Positions 27,001-38,603 of a stretch of 64,000 bases of DNA are shown one piece after another. Below the pieces are notes generated by a model. That model was not told the DNA's origin. It was given only the letters and a program-made list of their open reading frames with translations, and ran no database searches. The DNA lies in the NCBI RefSeq assembly GCF_964355755.1, contig NC_092677.1, positions 14,716,101 to 14,780,100 of the forward strand, read 5' to 3'. The translations under genes and the position numbers were made by a program. This DNA is from Antedon mediterranea. Lineage: Eukaryota; Animalia; Echinodermata. The stretch's first letter is position 1. Every line of letters begins with the position of its first letter.

Positions 27001-28695
27001 ATTTGAAAATGCAACTATTCAGCTTTTTAAATTTTAATCTAAATAGATTTAAATATTTTATCAATTTTATAATAATTTTGCTCTTGAATCTATCAAATAT
27101 ATTATTGGGAATTGCTTTCGTAACTAATGAATATTTTATCTGAATTTGATTTTTGCTTTTAGCCTGTTTTATGAGATTTCTAAATGAAATTGAAGCTTTA
27201 ATCAAAATTGTATGATAATCTGGATCCATGCGAAGTCATGAAACTATGCCGTATTCTTCACACAGGCTCTTAAGTTAATGTGATCAATTTTGAATTGATA
27301 TATTTTCCTATCCGTGCTTCTTGTTCTATGACAATTATTAATGACTTATTGAACTAAAAAAAAAACCGAATCCTCAAAGTGTTTCGGTACATTAAATGCG
27401 CCAAATGTGCATGCTTTAAGTTTCGCTAAGTGAATGACGTAGCTGTACGTGGCAAAAAGGGGCACTTAAAGTTGCTATTATAATGGAGAAAATCTGCTAT
27501 AGAATTTGCTGATTGATGCCATGTTGGTTTTTAGCCAATAAATACAGATTTTTATTTCAGTCATGTATATTGTAATATTAACGATATAGATATAGAATTA
27601 TTTATTACTTTTCTTTTTATTAGATGTACTTTAATGAATAAAATGTGTAGCAAATGACTACAAATACAAATGGTTCAAAGTTATTAGGTTTATTCAAAGT
27701 TTTTTATGTGACATAGTTCGAAGATGAATCATGTTTTGACCCAACATAGTATGTATTGCTAGAGGAGAACTAGAAGTGCATACATGTACAGCTTGTTCTA
27801 TCAGACTGGCATACAATGTGTAATAACCGTTCTGGACTGCTAATTTATCTTCTTTTTTGGACAGTTGTTCCTAAATAAATTTTCTTTGATTAGAATACTA
27901 CTACTACATATTGTAATGCATGAAATTAAGCTCTATAAATACTATTGATTGCAGATTTTGTGTAAAAACATTTGAAAATATAATGAAATTTTTTTATTAT
28001 GATAATATCCATTCCACAGTATCTGGTCATTTCCTAGAACATTATATTTTATATTACACTTTACTGGAAACAGGTCATGTTAAGGTATTTTAAGAGTGAC
28101 TTTATCTCGGTAACAGCCGATCTTATCTACGATCGGTAATTACCCGTTAATGCTTAATTGTCCAATGAGGATGCGGGTCATTTAGCAAATGGTCAGAAAA
28201 GGCCACCTGAGGTACGAGTGGGAATTATATTTAATCCAAAGACGCTCTTAGCGCATATTAATCGCTTTCAGTATTGGATTTCAGTTTACTGTGTGACGAG
28301 GGATTATGTACTTAAACTCCTACTTTTAAGTTTTTACAATTTCTTGTTTTATAATGGCGTTAAAATTATGAACTGATTTAAGAAGGAAACCGTAAAAGCA
28401 AATTTTACTGTCTGTTTTATGGAGCTTTTTAAAATTGACTAGGATACTTTACATCTTTATGTTTTATTACTGAAGAGTATGTTTGTTTGAATATGTTGTG
28501 TTTTGATTAAACAAAAAGAAATAGCTTTAGCTTCTGTATGAACGTTATAAACATAAAGAAAATACACTAGAACTCCTAGAATATGCCTATTCAGGGTATG
28601 TACACTCCTATTGTTTGGTCCTGAAAGACGTGTGCCTTTAAGAAGGTACTCAGTTCTACTATAATAAAACCATCACAATTTGGAAAAACATTGGC

Positions 28696-29192
28696 ATCTG
28701 ACATTGGAGATACTAGTTAGGGAACTCATATTATAGGAGCACATTAGGTTCTTAAAGTGTACCTTAAATAGGTAAAGGCGAGTCCTGTATTCATTCTGAA
28801 CGTAGGGGAATGAGCTGTTAGGAGCTCATTGTACTAAGCCTAGGCATTATGTGGTAGGGTGGCCAGTTCCTTTCCACGCCGCCTTTTTTCTCCCTAGTAT
28901 TTTCAACCAGGTACTCATTTACAGCTGAGTGGACTGGGAGTTGTCGGAAATTGAACCCGGGTCTATCTGTATGACAGTCAAGTGTCCTAACCACTCGGCT
29001 ATCCAACTCCTTAAATAGAGGCTTACATAAAAACGTCACAGTTCAGAACTTTATGACATCTCACATTAGAGATACTAGATAGGGAACTCATATTATAGAA
29101 ACACATTGTTAGGTCCTAAAGGTGTACCTTAAATAGAGGCTTACATAAAAACGTCACAGTTCAGAACTTTATGACATCTCACATTTGAGATA
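28696..29192. repeat. 118-bp tandem repeat interrupted by a SINE
   Basis: ttaaatagaggcttacataaaaacgtcacagttcagaactttatgacatctcacatt occurs at 29011 and 29129. 28696-28771 matches the unit's first half at 29057-29136. Confidence 0.9.
28772..29010 (-). mobile_element. Full-length tRNA-derived SINE with a Nin/Deu-type central domain
   Basis: Minus strand: A box TAGCCGAGTGG, B box GGTTCAATTTC, core CCCAGTCCACTCAGCTGTAAATGAGTACCTG and 3' tail CCTTTACC. The target-site duplication TTAAATAG is at 28764-28771 and 29011-29018. Confidence 0.88.
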
Positions 29193-29872
29193 CAGTATAA
29201 CCTTAATTTTGTTATTACAGTAAATGCCTAAATTGTTAAAAATATGTGGTTGGTCTTTTCCTATTAATTGGAATCTTGCACATCAAATTAAAGTACTTCA
29301 ATTATCTATCTATAATTAATCAGTTATTTTTCAATTGCATACTAATTTAATTTTTGATTGCCTTGTAACAGATTCTTATGTAACCTTTGATTTATCATAA
29401 GTTCCTCAGTAACTATGAATGCAGTTATTCAATTTTATTTTCTATTTAATATAATTATTTTTAAATGCAGAAATTTTTATTCGACTTGACATGATTTTAA
29501 AAATTGTCATAAAACTATTAATTTCTTCAGTTATGACATCTGACCTATGACATCTGTCAATATAATCTCCAAATATTATTTCTAGATGATCCACTTTGGT
29601 TAAAAATAACGTCAAGTTGTGTTGTCCATCATCGTAATATTTCTCGACATTAAAGCCTATTTAGATTGACCAATGTAAACGGACTACGGCCATGGGCTGT
29701 ATCCCTCAATAGCGTCAGTAGAAATTGTCGATTAAACTATGATAATGCCTCTGTTATTCTACAATTACGGCCGGTATCATTTTACATAGGGCTGACCATC
29801 ACGTGATCAGGTTTAATATTATTTGTTGTATAGATTAAGCTGGCTATAGTTACTCAGTTAGATAGTCGTTTG

Positions 29873-29897
29873 ATGTCCATTGCTCTTATATTACTAG
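29873..29897 (+). CDS. Candidate short upstream coding exon of Robo (MSIALILL, phase 1)
   Basis: An ATG, a hydrophobic run and a strong donor TAG|GTAAGT. The phase matches the 37997 acceptor, giving MSIALILLVVGKKENFPPKI. It could be chance. Confidence 0.2.
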
Positions 29898-31629
29898 GTA
29901 AGTTTCTTCAGCTGTTAGACTAGTTGCTGGCAATGCAATTGATTACCATGACAGGTTGGGAGAATTTCTAGGTCTCGTGGTTCCATGCCCGCCACTCCTT
30001 AGGCGATGGTTACAAAATACCAGAACACCAATGGAAACAATGTATTTAATTTGAAATTGCAGTGAGATAATTATTAAATATTCTCTACAACTAAAAAGGA
30101 ATTAATTTTCCTTCAATAGTAAATCTTTATATAGATCAAATTTTGATACAAAATATCCATGATTCATTCTTTTGAATCAACAGAATGCTGATAATAAAAC
30201 AAGTTATTTTGAATGAATACAGTAAATCTGGCATTATCAGATTCCTATCAACATCTTGCATTCTGCTTAATGTTGAATTATTTTACAGGTATTAAGCAAC
30301 TATAATACATCTCCTTCGAATCGAAACCCAAAATCAAATTTCTTGTCTTCATCAGATAAGCCCTTGTAATAATCAGACAGGTATTACATAGCCAGTGCCG
30401 TATTGCCTCGCGTGATGCATACGCTTATAATGATATCATCTCTCGTTAATTGCGAGATATTTTCTCCTAATAGCAACACACTTCTAATTATTGCACTGAT
30501 TATGTCATACGTTAATAATGTTGTTAACGTATTAAAGCTGATCTAATAATCTTAGTATATGATTTATTGTACTGTATATTTTAAACATTTTGAAAAATAG
30601 TCAAATAAATTCTGATATACAAAAACATTTTGAAATAGTTACTTTAAAATTAGCATATTTCAATATTAAGTTTAAAAAAAAGAAAAACAACATGAAATAA
30701 TGTACGTTTGTTTACATTATTTTTTCATTTTCGCAGCTGAAATGTTCGTCAATTTCTATGCCAAACAAAATTTTTATGTAAGCAGTATTAGTTGTCCATT
30801 GTAATTGCATTTGCTTTACCATCGCAGCATGTGGGCGAATTTAGATTGATAAATACATCAATGGTCAAGTGGACAAAATTCAATTATAACCAAGTATTTA
30901 TAATCCAAGACCAGTAGAATGCAAATAGAAAAAAAAAGAGTTAGTAGTTGATACAATAATTACATAGATTTATTTACTAGCAGATGTGTTCTATCCGGAA
31001 GCGTCGACGGCGGCGTCAATGATGAACTGTTTACTAGTCGAAAGACAGGGAAATGAGGAAGAAATAGTGAATGAAGATGACACTCATGATGATATTAATT
31101 AGGAAATAAACAAGTAAAATAAATAAGTTTTTGCTTTCGGCATCAGATATTTTAAATATGAATGAATGATGAATTAGGATTACAGTAATAGAATAAATTT
31201 CAATAATTAGTATTAATATTAAAGCTATTTTAAGACTCTAAAACAAACGATTTTTAACATAATTCAAAATTAATAACAATTGCTTCTTAGACTTATAGTA
31301 AAAACTGATATTTAAATGCATTATTGAAAAGCTGGAAAATTCATATAAAATCATCATTGTATATGTTGAAACATACAATGAAATCACGGTTTTCCACGAA
31401 TAATGTCGCCAAGTGAGTGCAAGGGGATGATTACTGTGCTTAAGATTATGGGAACCATTGAGGCAATGTTTAAGAAATTTGAGTGATATGAAAATTTGTA
31501 TGTTATACACATAATGCAAGTAGTCTCTAGACGCTTTGGCAAACTTCAGCAGATTAAGTAAATCTGTTTGAATTACGTGAAGAGAAACCTGATCAATAGA
31601 TGACATTATGTAAGGTTGCTGTCCGAGAG

Positions 31630-31647
31630 TACCCAGAATGCACTATA
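31630..31647 (+). promoter_or_regulatory. ZNF143/Staf binding site-like motif
   Basis: TACCCAGAATGCACT matches the core of the SBS consensus (YWCCCRNMATSCMYY). Confidence 0.35.
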
Positions 31648-34600
31648 GTAGTCTAGAAACAGGCAATCGAAGCTGTTTTGCATATTGCCAATAGAGGAGG
31701 CATATCATTCATACACACGAGATAGGTTTTATGTGTGTAAACAAATCCGCAGGCTGTAAAATCAAAACCCCTTAAGTAATAACCCTGGATATTGTAAAAT
31801 AGATGATTTATACAAATGTTTGAGGAAGTGTGTTAAAGTTGGGTCTCTTTAACTTCTCTTTATTGATGTATTTCATAACCTGGTTATTAAACTATAAGGT
31901 ACTGGGTACAAACAGAACTATTGTCTCACCCACTGTCATAGAACAATGTAGCTGATAGAACCATAGAGGGATCTTATATGTGTGGTCTGTAATGTATGTA
32001 AATCGAACCCTCTGAATATCCGAAAATATCCGAAATTCTATTTAACATTGTCATTTGTAAAATCAAATATTTTTGAGTTTGTAAAGACTGCCTAGTATTG
32101 CTATTGACTGTATTTTGCAAGATTGCTAAAGACGTCAGACTAAACCATCTGCTTTTACAAATATCATTAACATCCCCTCCTCATCGGGATGTATGTCAAT
32201 TACCTCCCAGCACTTATTACCATGATGTTAATCAGTCTGTTAATGAACGACTCGATAATTGTAACTACTTCTTTAACATCTTCTTAGTGTCCTTTCTAAT
32301 TATAGGTAATATTATTATCAAATACTTTGGACCCCTTCTAGTAGGCTACTAATTGATGACTTGGTAAGCTAATTCTTGTAGACAATTGATTGTCTCCCTT
32401 GGCCTAGGCTAGCCATGTGTCTTCATTAAATGCAATACAATCAACCATGCTATTTGATTTTGTTTGTCTATTGTCGTCATGTTTTGTTCTTTATTTAATC
32501 CCGGAAAAAAAAAAGGTTATTTAGTGGGTAGAAAGAAATTTCTTGTGGCCAAGAGTACAATAAGAAGACAATGTATTCAAATATAAATTTAAAATTAACA
32601 AAAAATATAGCTCCTTTTCCAGGTTAAATCTGATAATTCAACACTATCATTTTTAGATATTAAAATATTAAAGTATTTTCATATTCTTATTTTGGACGCA
32701 TATGGGTTTCATATTGTAATTTTGTTTAAGTTGTTCGTAACAATGATTTTAATTTAGAGAAAAAAAATAATAGCACGACAATTTAGTATTTTTTTCCATG
32801 TTTTTTATTAACCTAAAACAGTCATCTCTATACTAGATTGAGTTTTATTGAGTTCTTTTGTTTCTGACATGAACTAAATGAATATTGATGGCATTTCTAG
32901 CAAGCAAAATAAATTACCTATGTGAAAGTCAGCGTGCCGATATCAGAAAAGATGAATTTATATGCACAATGCATGTAAGTGATGGTTGACCATGTCTGTT
33001 TGTTGTGGCAATTTCGATTTTACTCAATTGTTACTCAAAACTGTCACCGTAAAGGATTTTTACTATCGACTTTCAAATTCAGAATAAATGTTCACATTTG
33101 TTTCTTTTCACAATTAAAAACAAACTACTAGCAGAAATAAAACAATTTTTTAACATGAATAACTTTTTATTGGACAGATTGTGAACTGAAATTGAAAAAT
33201 AAATCATGGTGATGAACACCAAAGCAGGTCAAACACAAATGGAAAGAACATATAATTTACAATGACAGCAATTAGGCCTACATTGTGCAAGTTCCTTTGT
33301 TTTGGAATGTGTTAGCTTCTCCATATTTGATCTTCTTCTGGCCTGATTCTGCTGTAAGCAAATAACTAAATAATTATTCTTAAGGCTAGGGCCTGTTTCT
33401 GCTGTAAGCAAATAGCTAAATAAGAGCATGTATAAATACTTTTTTTTCTATTTAGGAAAAACATGACAATCAAGTGGCATTTTAAAATTAACAGTGATTG
33501 AAAACAACCAGTCAATGGTGTATTTGTTATTTAGTTTGAATGCATAAATAACTACATATCAGCTTTAGGCCTGAAGAGAGAAATTAATGAGTGTATAACT
33601 AGTAGAAACTGGACAATCCAGTGCCGTAGCTACGAGAAATAAAGTGGTGCCACAATTACAATTGCAATTTAGTGGTATTTACAATAATGATCTAAACAGT
33701 ATGTTTTGGAATAATACCATAATCAGTTTTAAATTTCAACTTTTATCAACGACACAAAACAAATTGTTAATGTTTTATTTTCAATGCTATTTTCATGTAA
33801 AATTCACAAACACAAATATGTTGAATTCATAACAAATTATAATATGATTTAAATAAATATATTTAATAAATAAAATAAGTATAAATAATTCTTTTTTCTT
33901 AGAATATTGTACAATACATATTTATGTATGGCATCACTAACTAGGGTTAATCTTATATTACAGTCTTTATGTCACTGTAATATTAATGCGCAATCAATCC
34001 TTAAATACAATTAAGACGGTTTCACCAATAATTTATTCGTACATATTTCCTTTTTCGCAATCTAGCTAATTTACTCTGTATTCATTTTACAAACATTGCG
34101 TTAGTGCACACGGATTGTATTTCTGATTTTATCCGATTTGCGAAGTAATTTTGATCACGATTGACGGTAAAAGCTTATTTGTACAGTGTCAATAAGAAAG
34201 ATACAATTTTTATCATTTCATTTAGAATTAAAATGATTACTTGTTTAAGTCCTTAAAGATGTCATACCCTAGATGATGTTGCAAATACTGGGTTGAACAA
34301 GTTCTCAGGAGAGCTGAGATGTTTCATGCGCTTTACTATGAAACCTGACCACCAGTGAAGAATAACATGTGTACATAGATTATATAACTCTGCATTCCAT
34401 ATGTAGTCAATGCCCATACACTAATATAATATCTGAAAATTAATAGTTTATACAGATAAAAATAGATGCCATTGATTTCACAGGTAAATGCACACCTGGT
34501 TAGAATACTTGATCATTATCTTAAATGTGATTTGGTTCTATCTGTTAATTTGCCATTCCAGTATATGTGGAGAGTTAGTGTAATATAACACTGTGGAAGT

Positions 34601-35298
34601 AATGTGTCTTTGAAAGTTGTTCAAATATGCACGTTTCAACATATTTGAAACTCGCAAGCAAATGTGCTTATCTTTGGTCGTTTAAAAAGAGGCACATAGG
34701 TGGAATCTTCTTATAAGGTCAATATTAGTATGCTGTGTCATTATTTAATGTAGGAGATTAATCATTGTGGACGTGATTAATTTAGAATGTTCTGGGATAT
34801 ACTGTAATTTAAATGTTTTTTTGTGGATAATGTTAACATTAAGAAATATCATAGGTCGCTTTCCAGTCAGATGCAAAGTATGATTGAATTAACATTCAAC
34901 TGAATTTGAGGGATTTTTTTTCTTCACTTTGTTACAAATCTTATGGCTTAAAACTTACTCTAGAAAAGTTCTGAGGCTTAAAATTTATCCTGTCCATGTC
35001 AGTACATCATCTTATGATTGATATACCGTGAAGTTGAGAATTCGCACTGCTTATCACGTAATACTCTATATACCCCAAAATGTGTATTTTGCCAATTTTT
35101 GGCTCGATTAGATTATGTTTTGACAAATCTAACCTGAGAGAATAAACCAGACTTGTCAGAAATAAAATCTCCTAAAGCTGTGTGAGTTTTGGACACCCAT
35201 AAAGGACTTGCGACAAAAGAAAAAAGCTGATCTATGCTGCTACTAACAATTAAACATTTAATCAACAATTCAGATTCTCCTTTGGGTGAGTATTATCA

Positions 35299-35316
35299 TT
35301 ACCCACAATGCATTTC
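35299..35316 (+). promoter_or_regulatory. ZNF143/Staf binding site-like motif
   Basis: TTACCCACAATGCATT matches the SBS core. Confidence 0.35.
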
Positions 35317-37996
35317 AAGCTACAAAATTTATTTTAAAAAAAAACACTATAAACTAGTTTGACTGACAGTACTTACTTTATTGTCCAAAAATCACCAATT
35401 AAATATAAATTTATTATGTGTTAATTCATGCCAATGGAAACAGGGCCATTATAATTGGCAAGCATTTACATTAAAAAACAACCCCTATCTAACACTTATG
35501 AGGTCATTATGTTTGATAGATTGTTCGATTCATTATAAATACTATATATTCATTTATTAGGTCAATATCTAGTTTTTTTATTATATACATTAGGTACAGC
35601 GAGGCGAGTTCTATAGATTGATTATAAATAACAGAATCATGAATGTTTACCCATAGTTTGTATACACGTACTATACATATTTCTAACCTGATTCCAAAAA
35701 CTTTGCCAGCCTGATTATACTTTATTTTTATTTTGATATATTTGCTAAAATCACATAAAGGGATAACTTAATTTTCTACTATCTTTTTGAAGTGAGTTGA
35801 GAGTCCTCTTTCTTCAAGTACTCTACTACTTAAGGATATTAAAAGATAAGTCAAAACTTGTCCAGGTTGAGTTGCGATAAAATTAAGTTGGACAGGCTTG
35901 ATCAGCGAATCATTAACAAGAACGCCAGCTTAGTTTATTTCTCGAGGCGGTCATATAAAGGTCACCAATATGTTCTAATTCAATAGAGTAATAATTATAT
36001 TGCACATTTTTAGATGTAAAATTATATTGGTATACTCTGCTGTAATGTTTTATGTGTTATTCATGTGATTGGTTTATTTCCAACATATTGGCTTGATGCT
36101 TAATTTTATGTATATAGGACTGAAAAGTGTTCTAAAAATAAAGTAAGTGTATTTCATAAGATTTATATTTTCAAACGTGCAGAGTTATGGTTTTGTATTA
36201 TATTCCAGGTCATATTTAAGTTTTTATCGTAACAACAACATTTTTAATGTTCTTAATCAGTAGCTTAACCAACTTTTAAGTTAAAAATGGAAGTGTTGTC
36301 ATTAAAATTTGATAGACAATTTTTATCCATCTATTCTTAAAATGTCAGAGAAAGCTCTCTTCTGTTCTGAATCCAGAATTTAGCCTGAAGGACAAGTGAT
36401 CTTCTCTGGTGTTCCCTCTTGACAAATAGCACCAGACTAAATGATGTTGTGTTGGGGGTTGGTGTTTGAGCTTGAAAACCTTGTGCCTCGTGCAACAAAT
36501 AAAAAAATGATATATTTATTATTTTATTAATGATATACATCAAAGAGCATCCATGTTTAAAGAACAAATGTATGTGCGTGTAATAATTTGGTTGTTAAAT
36601 TTTAAACATAAATTACATTTCCGTTTGTAAATGTAGTTAAAAAACACAAAGCGACAATAAAATAAAAAGTTGCATGTAGAAATAGTAAGTAAAACTTGAG
36701 GGGTAGGTTTGTGTCTAGGTCAAGGTTACCAATAGATATTATACATAATAAAATTTATTACCATAAATATAAGCACAGCATAAGTTTCCCCAGCATATTA
36801 TATACATTTTTGTTTTCAAATGTTTGAACAATTGAAACAAGTTATATTGAAGATTTAATACGTTCTTGCTGGTATTTGTAATGTTGGTGATCCTATCATG
36901 GTTTTGGGAAAACTACTGTAAACAATTTGAGAACTTTGAGTTTGAACTTTTTCGGATAATAGATACATAAAAATCAATAAGAAAAAAAAATAAATATTTT
37001 AGGTGATCTTTTTTAAAATGGCAATTACCAGGCAATGAAAATCAAGGTTCTAAACAACTTTATATTGTACAATTTTAAAGACATTACAACATAAGATTTT
37101 CCCTTACATTAGGGTTTATGACTAAGGATTTTTATAACAACATAATCATAGAATTGATTGATATGTTATTTTAACCTTTGCTATAATTCCCATAGGTCTG
37201 GTATTACTGAATAACATCAACATCCAGATTCCTCATACCGAAAATTAATGTAATTATTCAAACATGAACAGGACTAAATTAGAAAGCAGAGAATGCAAAT
37301 CAACCCAAAATCATACCATAATTGGGAATATGCTTTCTCAATAATTAATTATTAGGCATGCCTTATACGAGTTTTGATTTCACTTTTGTGTCTTAATCAA
37401 ATTAGGATTACATTTATGTGAGTTCATTGTTAATGTAAATATAATGCAAATGGCTATAGAATTTACTTTATCTTTTAACACTTATAGCACCTGCGTTTCA
37501 GTATGTCTATGAACTATCTACCATTAATTGCAATTTTCTTGTTCATGTATAAGATGATTTCTTAGGTATTGAATAATATATGCTTTCGTTGTGGTTATCT
37601 ACCATCCAATCGAAATTCAATTTAGATATTATACGCTAAAGAATTTCTCTTCCTAATTTTATTAGTTGCGTGATTGAAAATTAGAAAGGAATTACTGTTT
37701 CAATTTGTCAGAATGATTGGGACATGTTTCTACCATAGCTATGTATAGCCCTAGGCAGCATTCTTCTCATATGCCATATATAGAAATATCAACTTCAACT
37801 ATGTCTTTTAACACCACACATTTGTCTTAACTTCATAAATTAAAACTAAGGAATAAAATTAATCTATCTTTTCTTTGTCTAAAAATATCTCAATTCACTA
37901 TTTCTCATTCATTATTTCACTGATGATACATTTTTTTTTAACCAAAATAAAATTGTGAACGTTTTTATTAAGTCTGCTTTCTTTTATTTTTTTCAG

Positions 37997-38121
37997 TTGT
38001 TGGTAAGAAAGAAAATTTTCCACCTAAAATTACGGAGCATCCATCCGCATTGGTTGTGGTGAGGGACAACCCAGCATCATTCAGGTGTAGGGCTGATGCT
38101 CGACCAGTAGCCACTATACGT
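37997..38121 (+). CDS. robo: Roundabout-family receptor, exon encoding the N-terminal half of Ig1 (xVGKKENFPPKITEHPSALVVVRDNPASFRCRADARPVATIR)
   Basis: Polypyrimidine tract plus ttcag acceptor and a gtaagt donor; 125 nt, phase 1 to 0. The peptide aligns with vertebrate Robo1 [37 protein letters not shown] (recalled from memory). It is not in the ORF track. Confidence 0.9.
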
Positions 38122-38443
38122 GTAAGTAAATAAGGGCAATGCAACCATTTTAAGGCATAATCTCTCATTTGTGGAAAAGCCATAGGGATTCTTTACTAGT
38201 TTAATATTATATATTGGGAAAACCCCATATGGCCGTAGGAAAACCCCATATGGCTGTAGCCACCAGTATGGTTGGTAAGGTTTCAGCCTAACCACATTTT
38301 TACAGAGGCATTTGACAACCCAGTGACTTGAATAGTGATTGTTTCCTTTTCTTTCATCAACTGCTATATTTGATTTCTTGTGGCTACATTACTGATAATT
38401 GGCGAATGAGCAATCTATATTTTTATTTATTTTCTCTTCACAG
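38122..38443 (+). other. 322-nt phase-0 GT-AG intron splitting Ig1
   Basis: gtaagt ... tttctcttcacag. Removing it joins ...ATIR to WYKDG... in frame. It contains a short direct repeat ggaaaaccccatatggc x2 (38217-38255). Confidence 0.9.
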
Positions 38444-38603
38444 TGGTACAAGGATGGGGAGCCCTATCAAGGTACCAATGTAGATGATGGTGATCTATTT
38501 TTTCTGAAGGTGACAAATAACCAGAATACAGGGGTGTATTACTGTGAGGCCACAAACTACCTTGGGTCTGCAAGAAGTAACAATGCCACATTAGACGTAG
38601 CAT
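38444..38603 (+). CDS. robo: Roundabout-family receptor, exon encoding the C-terminal half of Ig1 (WYKDGEPYQGTNVDDGDLFFLKVTNNQNTGVYYCEATNYLGSARSNNATLDVA)
   Basis: cacag acceptor and gtgagt donor; 160 nt, phase 0 to 1. It carries the Ig I-set motifs WYKDG and GVYYC, the Robo-diagnostic GxLFFL, and NYLGxAxSxNAxLxVA with the conserved N-glycosylation sequon. Confidence 0.92.

Noticed and set aside
30320-30360. Second hammerhead candidate (CTGATGAAG...GAAA on the minus strand)
   Set aside because: No stem II can form between the boxes, and there is no stem I closure.
33619-33640. CAGTGCCGTAGCTA, a hAT-MITE-like terminus (a similar end, GGATCCACCACTG, lies at ~39937)
   Set aside because: No matching partner TIR or 8-bp TSD was found.
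37968-38295. Minus-strand ORFs overlapping the first Robo exon
   Set aside because: They are antisense shadows of the real exon and of a short intronic repeat.
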